Source: Polymyxa betae A26-41 (lineage: Eukaryota > Protista > Endomyxa: Phytomyxea). From it: DNA of 64,000 nt. The translations under genes were made by a program, and so were the position numbers. Below are positions 49,270 to 61,605 of this stretch, one piece after another. Position 1 is the stretch's first letter. Each line of letters begins with the position of its first letter. The stretch covers positions 1 to 64,000 of the forward strand of contig RBZT01000721.1 in assembly GCA_003693705.1 (NCBI GenBank), written 5' to 3'. Under the pieces are notes generated by a model. It searched no databases. It saw nothing but the letters and a program-made list of their open reading frames with translations, and was not told where the DNA came from.

Positions 49270-49861
49270 TTTTCACTTGTACAGTTTTAGCAGGAGTAAT
49301 AATTAGATGTATTTAGTTTTCTGAGCAAGGTTTCAACTTTTTCGAAACGTAGTAGGGTGGGTCTAAATTTGTGAAATCACCTTCTGCTGACCTTTTCGGC
49401 AACGGAGGCAAAATCAAAACATTCAATATTAGCGAGCTGAAGATTTAGTCATGCAAACAAATTTAACTTTGTCATCAATGAAAACAGAAACCCTCTTATA
49501 AAAATTCTCCCGAGTAAGACGAGAGCCATTCCTCTTAACCAACCCGCGATAACAACGACGAGTTAGGAATATATAGAGAACAGGCTTAATAACATCATCA
49601 GTATTAGAATTCAATATCAGAAACTTCACGACTTAACGTATCATTATCTAACTCCATAAATATATGATCAAATAATTCAAAGTGAAACATAAAATTGTCG
49701 AGTTGTCTTTAGTTAATGTGTTTGTAAATCTTAATGATAAATGGATCCAAATCAGAAATATTGGCAGAATAAGGCAAACGAGCAAAACATAAACCCCCCC
49801 CCTCCAATGAGAGGTTCAAAATAATTATTAAAAGTTGGAGGATACATGGGCAAAAGGTTCT

Positions 49862-50250
49862 TCAAAAAAGTCTAAACTTACATCTTTGATAAGCGAATGG
49901 TGGTGGAATCCTTTCCTTGATGAGCTTCTTGATGTCCCATGGTAGATGGTTCAGATGGAAGGATCTGGTTGATGGTCTTGACGAGATTGTCGTCGTCGAT
50001 GAACTCCACAAAAGTCTTAATGTACAAGGGTTGCCGTCCTTCTTCGTACCTTGGCAGGTGTCTGCTGGTCGTTCTCGTGGTTGGTGCTGAAAGCAGAACT
50101 CAGTAGCTTGTTCTCGTAAGCATCTGGTTCCTCTTGTTGTGACTCCAAAACAACGTCGTTTAGCCGGCTCTTCAACATTGACGAAACCATCAATGACATC
50201 CGAAATAAGGCGAAAATCATCCAAAATCATCCTCAGGATAATCAACAATT
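49862..50250 (-). pseudogene. Frameshifted gene with two C-x-G-x-T/K-x-x-G-x-x-C...C-x-x-H knuckles and an F-box-like motif
   Basis: CFGVTTRGTRCLREQATEFCFQH; CQGTKKDGNPCT with its completion DFCGVH in another frame; LNHLPWDIKKLIKERI. Confidence 0.5.
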
Positions 50251-51753
50251 AACGAAACATCTGATAAAATGGAACAGGTCTCGTCATCGTCATCACTGAC
50301 AGGTCAAGGATAACAGATTGAGACGAAATAGGGCAATTAATAGAGGGAATCGATGGGAAAAGAAATGTGATTAAGTTTAGGAGGAACTTGTGAAGATTCA
50401 GTGAAACCGAATCCGAAATCGAGAGGGAGAAAGGATTCAACGAAAGCAAGCATAGTGAACATACAATTGAGGAGCTGGATATCTGAAATGATCGGTGACC
50501 AACAGTTGAATCCGTCGTCCATTGAATCATCATACGTTCATAGATGGTGAAAGCGCCCGTATCGACGTCTGATCGTCGACGCTGCTCGGGTCTGCTGATA
50601 CAGAGTGTCTCAGCATCGCCCAACGTTAGCTTATTGATCGATGCCCATCGCTGATTGTTGATATTGGCTGATTTCGTGTTTTAGGCCCAGATTGGCGTCG
50701 GAGTGGTTGAGGACATGGTAGAGATCGACGATGGTGTGAGTTGGTCAAGATGGTCGTCAAGATCATAGACATGGACACGAGGGCATAAACGAATTTTCAT
50801 TTTCTCTTATTTTTTCCTCGGACATTTCTGTTTTTTTTTTCTACTCTAAAGTCTAAACAAACTTTCATTATGCTAAAGTATTCAACAGTTTGCCATTATG
50901 GGCGAGTTTTTATTAATATCACCACATGCTAGGATTTTTTTTCTGTCATTCAGATTGCTTGGTAATTGCTAAGAGAACTTTGCCTAATTTTATTATTTAA
51001 CAGTAGCTATGTTGTGTTTAGACGTAGGCTAATCGTGACTGTTGTGATTTAAGTCGCTCCCGGAGGAAATAGAGTCTGCATCAATCAGGATTAATTCGTT
51101 CTTATGTGAAATGATACCAAGCTCTATCATGATGAACGATAACGTTTGATGATCACGCAATTGATTGCTCCTGCGATCGACTTCGTCGAACTCGGCGCTA
51201 TATGTATTCTGTTGAAACTCATAATATATATCGATCAATCATGAGTCTCATTAATTATTGACCGAAATCCTTCCTTCTGTTAGTAGTGCAAGAAAATGAC
51301 ACCAAGATCCAGACAGATTTATAGATTTTTCTCATTTATTTACACCACACTGAAACTGGCATATGTTGCCGTATGATCTTGGTTAGTTAAGGTAATGTGG
51401 TTCCCCCGGAAAATATGCTTCTTCTTCGCTTTCATGGTCTTGTAATTGATCAGCACTCGGCCTAATTGCAATATGACATCTATATTGAATAACCAGCTTC
51501 TCAGTGTACAATTTGACACGAGGACGAATCTCGTGAGCTCCCATGTGTCCCCCGATTCGTCCACACGGTTAAACTTAGCGATATCACCCGATCCGGTCTG
51601 ATCGTGACCGTTACTAATCAGCAAATATTCTCCTATCGTAAATCAACAATTTGCAATCACTGCTACCTGTTCTAATCGGAAAACACCACAAAGAATTCTT
51701 TAATATCGTCTGCTCGATCAGAGAGAGATATTGTGTAATCCGGTGATTACACA

Positions 51754-52483
51754 ATGAGTGATTCTGTCACTGAGTCAGATGTGGACATTGGGACACATGC
51801 TGATAGGCATCGTGGGAGATATTGTTCCCGGCCTGTGAATAATGTTTCTGGTAGACCAGCAGCACCGGCTGTGCCGCGTGCGGTCTTTCAACCCTGCGAA
51901 CCCCCTTTGTTGACGGCTTTGCGTACAAAGGATATTATTAAGTTTTTGACTGAGTATACAAAATATGACCAGCAAGTTCAGGATAACCGGAGAATGGGAG
52001 GGAATGATATCCCTAAACGGTCATTTATGTCTGTTATAGATCCTTCTTTGTTGAATAGGGTTGCCAAATTTGTTCTGAAAAAACCGAAGGATGAACTTGT
52101 GGATCAATGATGTCATGGGTGTATTAAATAATTATAAGGTTAAGGATGACTCGTCGCATGGTCATATTCGTATGATCATTAAGGAGAGTGTCAAAGTGGA
52201 TTTAAAGATGAAACCACCATCTACCAGAATTACGGATCTTCTGACTCAATTGGATAAGATCATTGAGGAGCATAATTGCCAGTCTTTGTTTGATTCTGAT
52301 GTGGGGAAGGAACATTGGATTCGGTTGGCCACGGAATGTTGGCAGCCTTAGATTTTTAAGAATCATATGCTGAATATGACTAAGTTCTCGAAACCGGAGC
52401 TTAAGACTGACCAGGTTGCGTTTGTAGAGCAACTGCTGGCAGATGTGGATAAGTATGAGTCAGAAGTGAGTCGCATTTCCTGA
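51754..52483 (+). mobile_element. Decayed LTR-retrotransposon gag-like ORF
   Basis: PPLL....DIIKFL.EY.KY...V; SVIDPSLL..VAKFVL; KVDLK......RI..LL..LD.IIEE resembles gag proteins of protist Ty3/Gypsy-type elements. Frameshift near 52105 and internal TAG at 52349. Confidence 0.6.
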
Positions 52484-53899
52484 AGGAAGCGGCTGCGCCT
52501 GCACGCAATCATGACATGATGGAAAGGACGAATTCGAGAGGGAGACTAAAAAAGGTCATCTTTTAAATAAGTCCGCGAGGACCTCGAGGTCCGCACCTTT
52601 GATTAAAGTTTGCAATAAAAGCCGAAAAAATGGAGTCAGGTTCCGACGCGGCCCTGCGACCGGAGAGATCACAGCACTGGCCCGGCGACACCTGCTTTTT
52701 GATAGACCCATGCAAATGTTGTTGGCGTGATGCCATAGATCGTCTAAATATTGGATATGCTCTTCGAAAATCATGAGTGTACATCTTTTTCGGTGGCTTC
52801 TGGATAATTCTTCACTGCTGTTTTCGTCCTCCACGCATCAATTACATCGAAGATTGAAACACGTTTCTGAAGTGTGGGGACTATGAAGTCATCGCAGATT
52901 AAGATAAGAGTACAAAGCAAAAAATCAAAGTCTTACATTGATATTCGTCGAAAATTTCTCGGGCTATAGTGTCGCATAAAAGACGAAAGTCGACATCTGC
53001 CTTCGTGGCTTTATAACGGCCATGTTTGGTGCGCGAAGGCGTCGCTATAGCGAAATAGATCAATAAATACTTCATTTTTTATGGCTGCGGCCGCAGCAAT
53101 TTCCCATATCCTTCATGTCAGGAGCGCAACCCGCAGGAGCCAGCCTCCGCGTAACAACTTAAGCACTCTGTAACTAATAGCATAATACAGACTGGTGCAA
53201 CGGTCGATCTGAGGTTAGCTCAGTTCGGTTAACGCCGTTCTTGAATCAACTTCTGTCTGCTCGCCTACTTTCGTTCTTGTGTTTCTGTTCTTCTCATAGA
53301 TTTCGACTTTATCTCTCTTTATTTCTCCCTTACTATTAGTTGGTTCATAACACTTCATACTTGCAATTTATATTATTGAGATCCCAGCAAATGATAACAT
53401 CAAGTAACGTACAGGATTGACTGTTTTCTGCGGCCGGACTGGCGGCGTAGCCGCGTGGGACACTTGTTGGGCGATTCTTGACACCTCGCGTGTCAGGTTT
53501 TCGAGTGCCAGCTCCAGGTTAATTGTGTCTCGGTTTACCCGCGATTGAGTGTCTTTCAAAGAATTCATTCCTGTCCAGATCAGTTCAAGCCGCTGCGCGA
53601 TCATCCGCAGGGTCGACTGAGGGGCCGGCGCGGCCTCCCCGTGGCTCCCTTCGTCCGTTGGTTGGGATGAGGGCGTCGTCAGGCTGCCCGCACGAAGGCT
53701 AGGCGGGCCTCTGGAACGCCTGAGACCTCTTGGCGCAGCTCCAGGGATGGGCGCTCGCCGAGCTTAGCGGTACAGCGGGCGCCGTCGATGGTTTTGTAGC
53801 ATACTAGGCGCACATAGGGTGCGTCCCAATTTGGGCTCATGGAGTCGAGGCTAAAGCAGCGAGGGCATCGGATCAGGCTCCGAAACTCACTGATGAACT

Positions 53900-54600
53900 T
53901 TTAGAGCTCCACCTGATGTGGCAGCATTGCAGGGGTGTCCCCGAGCGGCCAGAGGCAGGCGGGGACAGAGCGGCAGGCGATCCCAAGCAAATGAAGCAAT
54001 CCCGACGGCGCCACGAACGGAGGTCCGTGGGTCGTGAATTAACTTAGAGATCTGAATTAATGATATGATGATCACGTTCGACTTAGGACGTTGCCCACAC
54101 GAGGCGGGTCCTTCGAATAAGCTAATACACAGACGTACTTTCATTGAATCGGACCCTAAAGAACCATCGTTGGCGCTTTACTTACATAACCAAAACCGAT
54201 ACTGGAGGCGGTCTCCGTCGAACATTGGGTGTTTCTGGATAATATCGACAGGTGGTCGAGAAGTGGTGGACGCTGCCGAAGGGACAGATAAAACCGCTCA
54301 AGACGCCGTACCTTGTTGCTGGGGCTGTAGCTGCAACTGGGCGAGTTCGATTTTGAGTTGCAAGATTTGTAGCTGTTCTGACGATGTTGATTGCTGACCG
54401 AAAGAGTGTTCAGATTGTGCTTGTAAAAAATATGTAGCGGGTGGCGCTGGGACCGTGGCAGGAAGGTTCGAACTGGAAACTGGCACATCTAGGGACACCG
54501 ATGTGCTGTCAGGAATAGATGAACGGTCATCTAACAATGGTTGCGAGATAACAGGTAAGACAGGGACAGAACTCGTGCGTACACCAAGTAGCATACTTGA
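53900..54600 (-). mobile_element. Decayed retrotransposon gag relic
   Basis: One frame with internal stops: LQILQLKIELAQLQ...*...HPMFDGDRLQYRFWLCK*...SDSMKVRLCISLFEGPAS, matching the P.FDG..(D..KV...ISLL.G.A) gag capsid pattern. Confidence 0.65.
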
Positions 54601-54859
54601 ACAATCCCAACTTCTTTGGTAATGGCAATTGAATGTGCATGGGACTTTTCTTATTAAAAATATTATTTCTAAATCAGCATTCGAAAGAGCAATCATCAGC
54701 TATCTGCACGATGGCGAAGATGCTTGGCAGGGCAATTCTGATGGAGGTCGTTCAGGCCGTAAGCGATCTTCCCAGTAATGTACGACCCCCTGCCAGGTAG
54801 CTCCACCTGGTCAGGGCCGGCCTGTCTCTCACGGCCGTAGATATAACCAATCAATTTAA

Positions 54860-55600
54860 AACCCCTAACCCAGCGGCAACTGCAAGCCGTTCCAGTTGGG
54901 CGCCGTCATCACGGACGCCCTGGACGGCATGGCACTGAACGTTCCCAAGATAGTGTGGCTGGATGTGGTCAGAGCATGCGCCTTTCGAAGTCATGTTAGC
55001 GACCACTGAATGAGTTTTCAAACTCGAACCGCGCTTTGCCAGGTTCTGCGAGGGAGAACATCCGACACTTTGTGCCATTCGACGCACCTGATCCAGCTAC
55101 GGCGTCCTCTTAAGCAAGGCACTCTGCCACGCCCGGAACACTCTCCGGATCCACGAGCATTGGCAGTCCTTTCCGTCATCACCGCAAGTAGTGCGACGGA
55201 GCGCTCAGGTATACAGAGTCGAGAAAGAGGTCAAGGACACCAGGTGGACCAGTACATAACAATGAGCACAGGATGCCCAGATTCCATGCCACTCTGCTGT
55301 CCCTGCCCAGTACGGCCTTGGCTATCTGGACATGCCCGAACTCTATTCGCCCACGAGGTCATCTCCTCAATTGGGGAAGTCACGTCCACATGCGGTCTGG
55401 ACTGCTCACCAGATTCGAGACACTCCAGTGCCTGAACTCGGCTTTCCCGAAGAACCCTCCATATCCATTGTACTCGTCGCCCTACAGTCTGTGGCGATCT
55501 TGGAATGCCCACACTAACTCCACGCACGCCACCATACGATGAAACGGAACGTGCCTCGCCCGACCCCTCCGTCTTTTGCCGTTTGCGCGGATCCAACGGA
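54860..55600 (-). mobile_element. Decayed tyrosine recombinase (DIRS/Ngaro/Crypton-type) relic
   Basis: Correctly ordered degenerate motifs across frames: GYGGFFGKAEF (cf. GF.GFLR.SE), DSQGRTGQG (cf. SKTD..G.G), VRRMAQSVG...LKTHSV...GACSDHIQ...VRD (cf. HS.R...G....I.......Y.R). Confidence 0.5.
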
Positions 55601-55761
55601 AGTCATCGTCCTGCACTCTGGGCATGAGAGGCGGATACTCCATTGTTTGGGTTATAGCCGCATGATTAATAAATGTTGGGAATGCTCACTCGTATGGTGA
55701 TCGTGAAACCTCATGCGCGAGCTTCGCACTTCCCGTAAGTTGCCAAATATCTTTACTCGAC

Positions 55762-56332
55762 ATGGCCTCCTTGCAGCGTGCATGTCGCCGCTCATACCGG
55801 GCTGTTGTCTCCAGTTCGGAAGCGCCGAAGGCCATCGGACCATATAGCCAGGCTATACGAGCCAATGGCTTCCTGTATGTTTCCGGTATGATCGGGTTCA
55901 ACCCGGAAGTAAGACATGCAGGCTATCAGGTTGGTGGTCGCCTGAATGTTTCTCCATAGACCATGGAGCTTGCATCGAAAACAGATGTCAAAACCCAGAC
56001 CGATCAAGTAAAGCCATGGTGCTGTAACGACTCGTCCTACCTGATTCGTTTCAGGCGCTGAAAAATATGATGGCCGTCCTTCGTGAAGGGGGAAGTTCGC
56101 CTGAACTAGTCGTGAAGACGACCGTGTTGATGACTTCTATGGAAGATTACAAATCGATCAACGAAGTCTATGCGAATTGTAATAGCGTGATTACCATGAA
56201 CCTTTGGACAATTAAACAGATTTATAACCAGATTTTAAAACCGACCCTCCAGCCCGGGCTGCCTTTGCTGTCAAAGAACTACCAGCGAAGGCTTTAGTCG
56301 AGATCGAATGTGTTGCCTTATATGAAGATTGA
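55762..56332 (+). CDS. RIDA: RidA/YjgF/RutC-family enamine deaminase, possible organellar presequence
   Basis: APKAIGPYSQAI...LYVSG.IG, VVKTTVLM..M.DY..INEVY, PARAAFAVKELP...LVEIECVA. Confidence 0.95.
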
Positions 56333-56357
56333 GCTCAAAGGAGGTCCGATTCAACTG

Positions 56358-58380
56358 TCATTGAAAATCCATAACTGATCCAGCATTATACATCTCATTT
56401 CCTCGTTCCCAATACGATATCCTTTGCATGAACAAGGTCCCCATTCTGGTCGTAACATCGGTTGTATCTGCAGATGAACGTTGATGGGCCGACGACGACA
56501 GCGACCAATTTGGATCATGCCCTGGAATCTGTGGCTCCAAATCGTCTTTGTTCCTATAAAAGTTCCAGAAGCAGTAGCAACGAGAGGAGGATGACTGACA
56601 GGGAAACGTCCATGCTAGGCTTTCGATCCAGAGACTTAACCCATTTCGGGTCGACCTGTTTTTGAATTTGAGGTTTGGAAGGTGGCGGTAGTTCAACCTT
56701 GATCGAAGGTAATACACCGAATAGACCGGTCTCTGCTGGATCTACATGCAAAGCCTACAGCAGAACTCAACTTTTCCAGCAGAATGCTACAAGCGCAACG
56801 ACCTTGGTAGCAGCACGTTCTGTAACCGCTCGTAAGTCGATGTCTGCTTTCTCTGTCAGAGCAGAAGATGCCAGTTGATCGATCTGATATTGAATCCAGC
56901 TCGTTGAATTCAGACTCGGCGTAGCTAGCACGGAATCGGACGGCAATCGACCAGACCGGTTCAGCACCGCATCAATCCTTTTCTTGCTCGAGAATGGTCC
57001 AACCGGAATTGAAGGAGTGATAGGTAGCGGACGGCACGGTTCGATCGGTTTCGGAACAGCCATGATGCTCCTCGGCTCTACGACGTCAACATTCGCCCTA
57101 CTGGTCAAGCCTACTTCCGGCAACGAGTGAGAAGCGGCTTTGGCAACCTGCCCTTGTTCGGCAACATGAACTGGAGGTTCTGGTATCGGAATAGGTCCAG
57201 ACCTTGGCTGTACCAAATCGTCGACATCATGTGGACGGTCTGTGCTGGTTATTGTATCAGAAGGCTCCTCAACTTCTGTCAGTTTAAATAACGACGCCGA
57301 ACATTCCAGAGCCTGATCGTCAACAATCGAATGGGAGTCTAAAGCCGGCGCTGGTTCATCGCCTCGATTTTCCATTACTGGAGGTACGACCGCCTTTTCA
57401 AAGGCATCGCATTGCACATCGACTGCCTCGGCAGGCTCATCGCCATCTTGAACGTTAACTGGCCAAATCTGAAGACTGCCATTATAGCTGGCGACCAACA
57501 ATCGGGGCGATTTGAGGTCAGTATCGACAAATTCGACGGCAACAACCGCGCTGTCCAGGGCGAGCTGCCCGAAGATAACAGTTGGGTCTTGCAGCGACCG
57601 AACGACAACGTGACCGTTGACCATACCGAGCGCGACGTACTGCCCCGATTTGTGGACGGTGGCGCTGACGACGACGGCCCCCTCGGTCCATTGGTGAGCC
57701 TTCTCGAATCGAGTCTCGTTGATAACCGCAGCCAGAACTTGGCCAGATGCATCGGCGACAACGACTCCATGATGATCGTGCCAAGCGGCGGCCACCGTTG
57801 CTTGCAACTTGTATTCGTTGGAGGCGGAGATCTGATTCGTATTGACATCATAGCTGATAATGCGACCGCTTCTTGTGACGATAAATGCTGATTGAAAATT
57901 TGGCTCCAATGCAACAGCTGCAATTGGTTCATTGTCGGAATGGATAGCACAAACAGGGCGATCTGCATACAAACTCCAAGAAAAAACGCTACCATTTGCA
58001 TCGCCAGCTAATAACAACCCTGAACTATCGATATCAAATGACAATATCGTGTCATCCTGAAAACTGATAAACTGAATAACTCCATTGAGCGATTTGTCAA
58101 TCTGCAGGATCCGATTCGAAGGTGATTGCATAAAGAATACGAAGCCGTCGCAGGTCCGAATCGTAGTAATCGGTGAGCGACGCTGTAGGCCATCGAATGC
58201 CACCAGCGCATACGAATGGGTGGGGCCGTCGACGTGAGCGACATGGATGAGACCGTCGGCGGTGCCGATGACCAGAGCGCCCTGGTCGACCGCCGCAGCA
58301 CAGATCAGCGATGACAGTGGCCGACCACTATCGACTCTGACTAGGCGAAGGGTCTCATCGACCTGTATGGAGGAGGCCAT
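56358..58380 (-). CDS. WD40-repeat protein with Pro-rich C-terminal region, 3 exons
   Basis: Repeats LVIGTADGLIHV, LLLAGDANGSVFSW, VALGMVNGHVVV, LLVASYNGSLQIW; two 3' GT-AG introns. Confidence 0.8.
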
Positions 58381-58748
58381 TTAGCAGACCACTGTAAAGC
58401 CGCAGATTTCATCCGCTTCAAAGACACAAAGGGGAAACGTTACCTCTGTCACCCCCATTCTACTCGTGCTCAGTTCTCGTTTCGTTTTTCACCAAGTCGT
58501 CTTCCCTCGTCGGCGTAAAACGAATCGCAGCTAGTCGGCGTCGATCGGCGTCCAGGCTTCGGCTTTTGAACGAGAGGCTGCTGCGAAAGGCCCGCGCGCC
58601 ACGACCGTTTCACGCCCGAAGCGCGTGCCCTGGATTAAATCGAAACCCAGCGTCTGTATGAGGATTCGATCGGTTTTTTATAGCGCCAGGGGTTTTCGTC
58701 GAATTTTGTAGCTCGAAGCTTGAACGCTGTATAAAGCGATCAGGATTG

Positions 58749-59130
58749 ATGGCCTCCAGAAGAGGAAGCCATAGACAGAGGCATCATGTGCCGCGGCAAG
58801 ATATTCAGGAACCAGATGCTGCTCAGCCAGATTGGGATATGCTGCCCGATGCTCCATTCAATGGAACAGGTAAGCGCTTCCACATTGTTTCTATAGTACT
58901 GCTAACACTAGTTCAAAAGGAAAGCTTCTAACAAGAAATCCGCGAAGGCGAAAACGAGATGTGAAATCCTCGTCGCATTCTGGAAAAGATGTGAACCCCT
59001 TCGATGGTAAATTTCATGAAAGTTCGAATAACGATCTAACTCTGTTGATTAGTCGAAGAATTGGGATCTATGGTAGCATACGAAATCCAGCCTTCGACAG
59101 GGTATGAAGCCGAGGAGAAAAATGTATAAC
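58749..59130 (+). CDS. Small multi-exon protein of unknown function
   Basis: ATG at 58749. GTAAGC and GTAAAT donors with TAG acceptors join short in-frame exons; the 3' end is uncertain. Confidence 0.4.
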
Positions 59131-59708
59131 TGCTATGGTGGGCCAATAAACCTATTCGTTGTTGCAAACACGTATCCGAACTCTCATTCTGCGAAAGCCT
59201 TCTGGATTTATCATCAGCAATGGGGCACACCTGTGAGAAATTCGGGGCGTACTAGACCACATTTTCGATACTGGATCTCTACAGATCGAGAACTAGTTTG
59301 AAAAGAACAGCCACAGTCGCTGTCTGTTTAACACAGGGCCTAATTGTAGCAGCATGACACTACGCATATTACACGGCTTCGTACTTTTGTTAAGTGATGT
59401 GCCGCTCTCGCACCAAATCTCGTGCAGTTCTGAGTCTAGATGATATCATTGATATGTCTGCCAATAGGAAGTTCGGAACAATCATTTTTTTATGCCAAAG
59501 CTTGCTCTTTAAGGTTTAACGTTCAGATTCGTCTTGCAATCAATCGAAAGTGAAACACCCATCATATCTCCCATTAGAAGTATTGAACTCAAAGTGTGTC
59601 TCTCTCAATCTATATCTACGTACAGAGGAACGACTGGAAAATTTGCCTGCGTGGCTTCATTGTTTGACTCAGTCTCAACCTATATAGACAGCAGGCACAA
59701 TGTCATTA

Positions 59709-61301
59709 TCATTTAGGCCTGGCTGTCTCTAGGGATGCCTGAGCAGACAGGTCATTGAGCAGTTCGAAGATCTCAGCAACACGACGCCTGTTTCGAAGAT
59801 ACTCCTGATGACTGGCTTCCGAGGCCAATCTCTCCACCGTCTTCGACGCCCTGTCCAGCACTTCATCGCCGAACTTCAGAATCTTCTCCAGATGGTTATT
59901 ATGCGAATTCGAAATCGATGTTTCCAGGGCTTCTTTCTCGGATAGGATCGTCGACAATGTGATATCGGCGTCTGACACCAGCGGGTTATCCTGTGATTGT
60001 GAATTATGGTATTTCTCAATCAGGTTATGTACAAGCGTGCTTAAATCCTCCCAGTAGACACGTTCCCAATCTTCCAGATATCGGAAGAAGTTCGACATCT
60101 GCTCGATGTTCTGTTTCGTCATCCTCGAGAGAACGCCTTCGAATTCGCTGATGCAGTCCGTGACCTCTTCCGAGCATTGCATCTCGAGATCCATGAGGTC
60201 GTCGGATAGCGTCTGAATCGCTTCCCTCAGCTTTGTTATCAAAGTTCCGTCGGGCGTTGCGGTGGCGTATCCTCCATGGAGCTCGGCCAACACTTTCTTC
60301 TTCAACGCGTTAAACTTCCTAATTCGTTCCAGCGATTCGGTCTCGTTTCTCGTCACAAGATTGCCAACCGCATTCTTGAACAGCGTCACTTCATCTTGCT
60401 CTGCGGCACTGGTAGTCAGAATCTTCTCAACGAACTCGCCGACTGCTTTCTCGGCTTTCTCGCGATACCCTTGCAATACGTTTTTAAATCCTGGAAGCTG
60501 TTGTAAACGTAGAATTTCAGTGTCTTCTCTGATCATATCGTCAAACAGCTCATCGATGCCTGCAAGATTGGCTTTCTGAAGCGCCTCTCGGAACGACCGT
60601 TTCTTTGTGGTCGCCATCACCTCCTGTGCTTGCAGCTTCTCGGCTTCTTCCAGTTCTAACAGCTGTGCCTGTTTGTCTTCTTTCGCCTTTGAGACCTGGG
60701 CTGGGTCGATGGTCTCGTAATCGAGATAGAATAAGCGCTGGAGGTAAGCGAACACTGTTGTGAGATAGTCATCCTCATGGCAGACAGGATTTCCTGCAAG
60801 ATTTAACAGACGTAGATTATGGAATTTTCTCAAATAGATGATGTTCTCGACATCTTTGATGTTGTTATTACCGAGCGATAGCACACTCAACTTGGCTAAC
60901 GCGTCGAGGTTTTCAATAACGTTGATTTGGTTGTGAAACAGCGATAAATCCGTCAGATTGACGAGCTGGTCGAGGTTCTCGATTTTGGTGATGTTATTGA
61001 ATGATAGGTCGAGCCACGTCAAATTCACCAAATGACCCAGATTTTCAATACGATCGATAACGTTATTGTCAAGCTGCAATTTCGTTATCTGCTGATACCC
61101 CTGCAGGTTATCAATTTTGTAGATGTTATGGAATGACAGTATCAAGGTTGTAATCTTAGATAGGTCAATCTCCTGCTCGTCGATTTCGCCAATCTCTTCA
61201 CCTTCATTATTGGCCTGATTGCTGCCTTCCTCCTTCAACGGCTTCAAATAGTTTAAAGCAGCTTGTCGTATGTGCCCTTCATCTATTACGGTTCTCTCCA
61301 T
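59709..61301 (-). CDS. DRC3: Dynein regulatory complex subunit 3 (LRRC48), intronless
   Basis: TVIDE..I, SDS22-type LRRs (LSFHNIYKIDNL, LQLDNNVIDRIENL, WLDLSFNNITKIENL), LAGNPVC..DY and a C-terminal coiled coil ending E..RNRRRVAEI. Confidence 0.92.
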   Translation of the reverse strand: MERTVIDEGHIRQAALNYLKPLKEEGSNQANNEGEEIGEIDEQEIDLSKITTLILSFHNIYKIDNLQGYQQITKLQLDNNVIDRIENLGHLVNLTWLDLSFNNITKIENLDQLVNLTDLSLFHNQINVIENLDALAKLSVLSLGNNNIKDVENIIYLRKFHNLRLLNLAGNPVCHEDDYLTTVFAYLQRLFYLDYETIDPAQVSKAKEDKQAQLLELEEAEKLQAQEVMATTKKRSFREALQKANLAGIDELFDDMIREDTEILRLQQLPGFKNVLQGYREKAEKAVGEFVEKILTTSAAEQDEVTLFKNAVGNLVTRNETESLERIRKFNALKKKVLAELHGGYATATPDGTLITKLREAIQTLSDDLMDLEMQCSEEVTDCISEFEGVLSRMTKQNIEQMSNFFRYLEDWERVYWEDLSTLVHNLIEKYHNSQSQDNPLVSDADITLSTILSEKEALETSISNSHNNHLEKILKFGDEVLDRASKTVERLASEASHQEYLRNRRRVAEIFELLNDLSAQASLETARPK

Positions 61302-61605
61302 GTTGATGCCCAGTCGATGTTTTTTTGACAAGAAAAGGTACCGAACTAAGCGATCGTGTAGTACTCTACAAACTGGGAGTGAATTTCATTTTAATTTCTG
61401 AAGTGACTTCTATGAGGTGCTGTTTTCCCTATAAGCGAAACCAGGTGAATGTGACATCGACTTCGGATAAATGGCCTGTGTTAGAAACCACCAGGCATGG
61501 CTCGTCTATGAGAATCTCAGCAAATGGCTGGCTCTCTCACAGTAATCGAACATCTATAGCTAAAAAACTTGTGTAAGTATTCAGCCAATAATGTTCAGAT
61601 TATGA

